Part shown: positions 25,064-32,000 of the stretch, one piece after another | Numbering within the stretch: the first letter of the stretch is position 1 | How the letters are laid out: the number at the start of each line of letters is the position of its first letter | Assembly (NCBI GenBank): GCA_036689235.1 | Contig: CP144769.1 | Location: 1-32,000, forward strand | Reading direction: 5' to 3' | Length of the DNA: 32,000 nt | From: Candidatus Saccharimonadota bacterium | Lineage (GTDB): Bacteria; Pseudomonadota; Gammaproteobacteria; Enterobacterales; Enterobacteriaceae | Notes under the pieces: generated by a model | What the model was told of the DNA's origin: nothing | The model's input: the letters and a program-made list of their open reading frames with translations, nothing else | Database searches by the model: none | Position numbers and translations under genes: made by a program

Positions 25064-25112
25064 TTAAGGATAAATATTTTATATTGTACTGCACAGTTTT
25101 TTATTTTTTTTT

Positions 25113-25184
25113 GTCCTTTTCGTCTAGAGGTTAAGACATCGCTCTTTCACGGCGATAACAGGGGTTCGATTCCCCTAGAGGACG
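25113..25184 (+). tRNA. gltT: tRNA-Glu (anticodon UUC) in the 16S-23S spacer
   Basis: GTCCTTTTCGTCTAGAGGTTAAGACATCGCTCTTTCACGGCGATAACAGGGGTTCGATTCCCCTAGAGGACG closely parallels E. coli tRNA-Glu. Confidence 0.95.
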
Positions 25185-25203
25185 TAGTTCTTTTATAATA
25201 TGT

Positions 25204-25223
25204 AAGACATTTTTAGATTGCGA

Positions 25224-25230
<7 letters not shown>
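25204..25230 (+). other. 5' half of the 23S processing helix; pairs with 28149-28175
   Basis: ttttagattgcgaagttaag (25211-25230) is the exact reverse complement of cttaacttcgcaatctaaaa (28149-28168). Pairing extends several more bp outward, and the helix encloses both mature 23S ends. This is the classical RNase III-type precursor stem. Confidence 0.85.
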
Positions 25231-28156
<2,926 letters not shown>

Positions 28157-28182
28157 CGCAATCTAAAAATGTTTTTTTTAAG

Positions 28183-28302
28183 TTTCTGGCGGTAATAGCA
28201 TGATAGTACCACCTGAATCCATTCCGAACTCAGAAGTGAAATGTCATAGCGCTGATGGTAGTGTAAGTTTTTCTTATGTGAGAGTAAGACGCTGCCAGAA
28301 AT
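28183..28302 (+). rRNA. rrf: 5S ribosomal RNA
   Basis: TTTCTGGCGGTAATAGCATGATAGTACCACCTGAATCCATTCCGAACTCAGAAGTGAAA...GCTGCCAGAAAT is colinear with E. coli 5S. Confidence 0.93.
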
Positions 28303-28306
28303 ATTT

Positions 28307-28380
28307 GGTACGGTAGTTCAGTTGGTTAGAATATCAGCCTGTCACGCTGGAGGTCACGGGTTCGAGTCCCGTTCGTACCG
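28307..28380 (+). tRNA. aspT: tRNA-Asp (anticodon GUC)
   Basis: GGTACGGTAGTTCAGTTGGTTAGAATATCAGCCTGTCACGCTGGAGGTCACGGGTTCGAGTCCCGTTCGTACCG closely parallels E. coli tRNA-Asp. It starts 4 nt after 5S. Confidence 0.95.
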
Positions 28381-28418
28381 TATAAAATTATTAGTTTATT
28401 ATGTTTAAAATATTTTTT

Positions 28419-28491
28419 GCGGGAATAGCTCAGTTGGTAGAGTATAACCTTGCCAAGGTTAGGGTCACGAGTTCGAGTCTCGTTTTCCGCT
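28419..28491 (+). tRNA. glyV: tRNA-Gly (anticodon GCC)
   Basis: GCGGGAATAGCTCAGTTGGTAGAGTATAACCTTGCCAAGGTTAGGGTCACGAGTTCGAGTCTCGTTTTCCGCT is near-identical to E. coli tRNA-Gly3. Confidence 0.95.
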
Positions 28492-28496
28492 TTATT

Positions 28497-28955
28497 ATGA
28501 AAAAAAAAGTTATTTTAAATAATATTAGATCTACTTTTTATTTATCTAAAAAATTATCATTATTAATAAATGATTATGTATATTTATATTTTTTTGGATC
28601 ATTAGGTATAGGAAAAACTTTTTTTTGTAGAAGTTTTATTAAAAATTTAGGATTTAGAGGTATTATTAATAGTCCTAGTTTTTCATTAATAAATGAATAT
28701 AAAATTAAAAATAAATTTATTTATCATTTTGATTTTTATAGAATTAAAAGTATTAGAGATTTAGTAGATATTAATATATATGATTATTTTAATAATAAAA
28801 GTATTTGTTTAGTTGAATGACCAAATAAAATGATAAATTATTTACCTAAAGGTGATTTATATTTTAAATTTGTTTTTTTAAATCATAATAAAAGAGTATT
28901 ATATATATCTTCAAAAACTAATAAAGGATTTAATATATTAAATTATTTATTTTAG
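28497..28955 (+). CDS. tsaE: tRNA t6A37 threonylcarbamoyl-transfer ATPase TsaE (YjeE)
   Basis: The true start is the ATG at 28497; the track's upstream 32 codons overlie tRNA-Gly. It has the P-loop GSLGIGKTFFCRSFIK and the HFDFYR motif. TGA 28818-28820 lies in the conserved (V)EWP motif, and the frame continues to TAG at 28953-28955. Confidence 0.88.
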
Positions 28956-29004
28956 TTTTTTTTTTTTTTTTTTTTTAAAAATTATTATAATTATATTTAA
29001 GATA

Positions 29005-29934
29005 ATGTATAAAAAAAATGTTTTTTGTATTTTAGGTCCTAGCGGTATAGGTAAAAGTTATATTTCTATAGAATTATGTAATTTACTGCCTATTGAAATT
29101 ATTAGTGTAGATTCTTCATTAATTTATAAATATTTAAATATAGGTACAGCTAAACCATCAAAAGATGAATTAAAAAAATATTCTCATAAATTAATTAGTA
29201 TAATAGATCCTAAAGAATATTATTCTGTAAATAATTTTTTTTATGATGCTAAAAATGAAATTAATATTATTTATAATAATAATAATATTCCATTATTAGT
29301 TGGTGGTACAATGATGTATTATAATGTTTTATTTAATGGTTTATATAATTTACCTAAAAGTAATTTAAATATAAGAAATTATATAAATCTATTATTTAAA
29401 AATTATGGTAAAAAATATATATATAATTTATTTAAAAAAATAGATTTATCATCATTTCAAAAAATACATTATAATGATAAATATAGAATGATTAGAAATT
29501 TAGAAATATATTTTATTACTGGTAAAAATATTACTTATTTAAAAAAAAAAAAAAAAAAAAAGTTAGATTGTATATTTCATAAAATTATTATTTTACCTTA
29601 TAATAAAAATAATTTATTTAATTCTATAAAAAATAGATTTTATAAAATGTTAAAATTAGGTTTTAAAGAAGAAGTTTTATTTTTATATAATAGAGGTGAT
29701 TTAAATATAAAAATGCCTTCTATAAAATCTATAGGTTATAAACAAATGTGATTATATTTTCAAAATAAAATTTCTTATAATGAAATGATAAATTATACTA
29801 TTAATAGTAATATTTTTTTAATTAAAAAACAAATTACTTGATTAAAAAAATGATTAGATTCTTATATAATAGTATTAGATAATTATAGTAATTGTATTAA
29901 AAAAATATATAATTATATTAATAAGTTTATATAA
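29005..29934 (+). CDS. miaA: tRNA dimethylallyltransferase MiaA
   Basis: It has the P-loop ILGPSGIGKSYISIEL and VDSSLIYKYLNIGTAKPS. The frame continues through three TGA codons: IGYKQMW (29749-51), KKQITWLKKW... These match the E. coli conserved IGYRQMW and KRQITWLRGW. TAA at 29932-29934. Confidence 0.93.
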
Positions 29935-29962
29935 ATAATAAATAGGATATTTTAATTTTAAT

Positions 29963-31225
29963 GTGAATGAAAATTTAGCTATATATATATATAAAAAATA
30001 TATTAATTTAATTGAAAAAAAAGAATTTAAAAAATTAATTTTATCATTAGGTATAAAAAAATTTAAATATATTAATATTAAAATAAATATTCCTAATAAT
30101 AAATTTTTTTTTGGTAAAGGAAAAATATTAGAATTAAAAAATATTTTTTTAAAAAATAAATATAAATTATTATTAATAAATATTAATTTAAAATATTCTC
30201 AAGAATATAATATAAAAAAAATATTAAATTGTAAAATTTTAAATAAAACTAATATTATATTAAATATTTTTAAAAAAAGAGCTAATACTAATTATGGGAA
30301 ATTACAAGTTAAATTAGCTTGTTTAAAATATTTAAGTACTCGTTTAATAAATAGATGGACTCATTTAGAAAGACAAAAAGGTGGTATAAAATTTATATCT
30401 GGTCCTGGTGAAAAACAAATAGAAATAGATAGAAGAATTATAAAAAAAAAAATAAAAATTATTAATTTTAAATTAAAAAAAAATATTTTTCAAAGAAATA
30501 ATAGTGAAAAATTAAGAAATAGATTTAATATACCTAAAATATCTTTAGTAGGATATACTAATTCAGGTAAATCAACTTTATTTAATTTATTAACTAATAG
30601 TAATAATTATAATAAAAATAATTTTTTTTCAACTTTAGATGTATATATAAAAAAAATAGTTTTTTTTAAATTTAAATATAATATTTTATTATCTGATACT
30701 ATAGGATTTTTAAAAAATTTACCTAAAAGTATATTAGAAGCTTTTAAAAGTACTTTAGATGAAATTAATAAATCAAAACTTATATTACATATTATTGATA
30801 TTTCTAATATATATTTTAATAATAATATTAATATAGTAAATAATATTTTATCTGATATAAATATTTTTAATATACCTGTAGTATTAGTTATGAATAAAAT
30901 TGATAAAATAAAAAATTGTAATAAAGGAATATATTTTAATAAAAATAATATACCTTATAAAATTTTAATTTCTGCTAAAAAGAAAATAGGTATAAATTAT
31001 ATATATGATATTATTAATTTTTATTTTTTTAATTCTATGAAAGTATATAAAATTATATTTTGTTTTAATTTTATTAAAATAATTAAAAAGGAGATATATA
31101 AGAATAGTTTTATTTTAAATGAATGAAATTATAATAATAAAAAATATTGTATTAGTATAATATGTAAAAAAAAATATATTTTAAATTTAATTAATAAATA
31201 TTCATTTATAAAAATAATAAGTTAA
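29963..31225 (+). CDS. hflX: GTPase HflX
   Basis: GKLQVKLACLKYLSTRLINRWTHLERQKGGI..GPGEKQIEIDRR is the HflX N-domain. GTPase motifs are G1 GYTNSGKSTLFN, G3 DTIGF and G4 NKID. The start is GTG. TGA 31124-31126 aligns with the Trp of E. coli EKEW. The frame ends at TAA 31223-31225. Trp in RWTHLE is encoded by TGG. Confidence 0.92.
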
Positions 31226-31228
31226 TTT

Positions 31229-31996
31229 ATGAAAAAATTTTTTTATGGTATAAATACAGTTAAAAATTTAATTTTATATAAAAAATTTTATATTAATAAA
31301 ATATTTTTATGTGTTAATAAAAATAATATAAGATTATTAAAACTTAAAAAAATAATTATTGAAAATAAAATTTGTTTAGAAATTTTAAATAAATATGTTT
31401 TTAATAAAAAATTTAAGAAATTTAATTTTATTCATCAAGGTATAATAGCTTTAGTAAAAAATAATATATTTTTTAATAATAAAAATAAATTATTAAATAT
31501 TATTAAAAATAAAAATAAATTTTTTTTAATATTAGATAATATAAATAGTCCTTATAATTTAGGTTCTTGTATAAGAACTTCTGTAGCTGCTAATATAGAT
31601 TGTATTATAATAAGTAAAAATAATTCAGTTTCTATAGAAAATAATATAGTTCATAAAATTTCTACTGGTTCAATATATAAAATATTTATTTTTCAAGTAA
31701 ATTCTATAAGTAATATAATTAATTTATTAAAATTATATAAAATTAAAATAATAGGAACATGTACAGAAAGTAATAATAATAATAATTTATATAATATTAA
31801 TTTCAATTATTATAATTCTTGTGCATTAATATTAGGTTCTGAAAAAATTGGAATGAAAAATTCCTTAAAAAAAAAATGTGATTTTTTAATAAATATACCA
31901 ATATTTAATATTAATTCATTAAATATTTCTGTTGCTTACGGTATAATTATTTTTGAAATTTTACGTAAAAAAAAAATAAAAAATAAATTAATTTAA
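31229..31996 (+). CDS. rlmB: 23S rRNA Gm2251 2'-O-methyltransferase RlmB (SpoU/TrmH family)
   Basis: FYGINTVKNLI...IHQGIIALVK...FFLILDNINSPYNLGSCIRT...ALILGSEKIGMKNSLKKKCDFLINIP...SLNISVAYGIIIFE is colinear with E. coli RlmB. Confidence 0.88.
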   Translation: MKKFFYGINTVKNLILYKKFYINKIFLCVNKNNIRLLKLKKIIIENKICLEILNKYVFNKKFKKFNFIHQGIIALVKNNIFFNNKNKLLNIIKNKNKFFLILDNINSPYNLGSCIRTSVAANIDCIIISKNNSVSIENNIVHKISTGSIYKIFIFQVNSISNIINLLKLYKIKIIGTCTESNNNNNLYNINFNYYNSCALILGSEKIGMKNSLKKKCDFLINIPIFNINSLNISVAYGIIIFEILRKKKIKNKLI

Positions 31997-32000
31997 TATA

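Noticed and set aside
28401-28496. The N-terminal 32 codons of track ORF 28401..28820
   Set aside because: This stretch overlies tRNA-Gly (28419-28491), and its translation AGIAQLVEYNLAKVRV... is simply the tRNA read as protein. TsaE homology begins at the ATG at 28497.

Overview
This window is an extremely A+T-rich, tightly packed stretch of core housekeeping genes from a tiny-genome bacterial endosymbiont. Only the rRNA and tRNA genes and a few highly conserved proteins (GroEL, MreB, FtsH core) have ordinary base composition. Gene order follows Enterobacterales/E. coli blocks: groES-groEL, rpsO-pnp-deaD, smpB-ssrA, rlmE-ftsH-secG-leuU-nusA-infB-rbfA-truB, rplU-rpmA, mreBCD-tldD, rplM-rpsI, rpsF-rpsR-rplI, a 16S-tRNAGlu-23S-5S-tRNAAsp-tRNAGly operon, and tsaE-miaA-hflX-rlmB. 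Many genes found between these in E. coli are absent. The main result is that the six-frame ORF track is wrong for about a third of the genes because it treats TGA as a stop. In at least 12 genes an in-frame TGA falls exactly where orthologues have a conserved Trp, so the organism reads UGA as Trp (code-4-like). Re-reading with that code recovers whole genes missing from the track (smpB, rlmE, rpsF) and full-length ftsH, infB, nusA, rplM, tsaE, miaA, hflX and polA-exo. Secondary observations:
- One UGA sits at a conserved FtsH Gly.
- Two genes (rlmE, mreD) have their only ATG one base out of frame next to a 10-12 nt homopolymer.
- An open but catalytically dead, EIN-only ptsI remnant is present.
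- polA is 5'-3' exonuclease only.
- A 9-bp tandem repeat has a unit that also occurs inside infB.
- Coding homopolymers of 17-21 nt occur in several genes.
I found no mobile element, CRISPR array, defence or toxin system, or novel operon. The novelty here is in decoding and genome decay, not in an accessory gene system.
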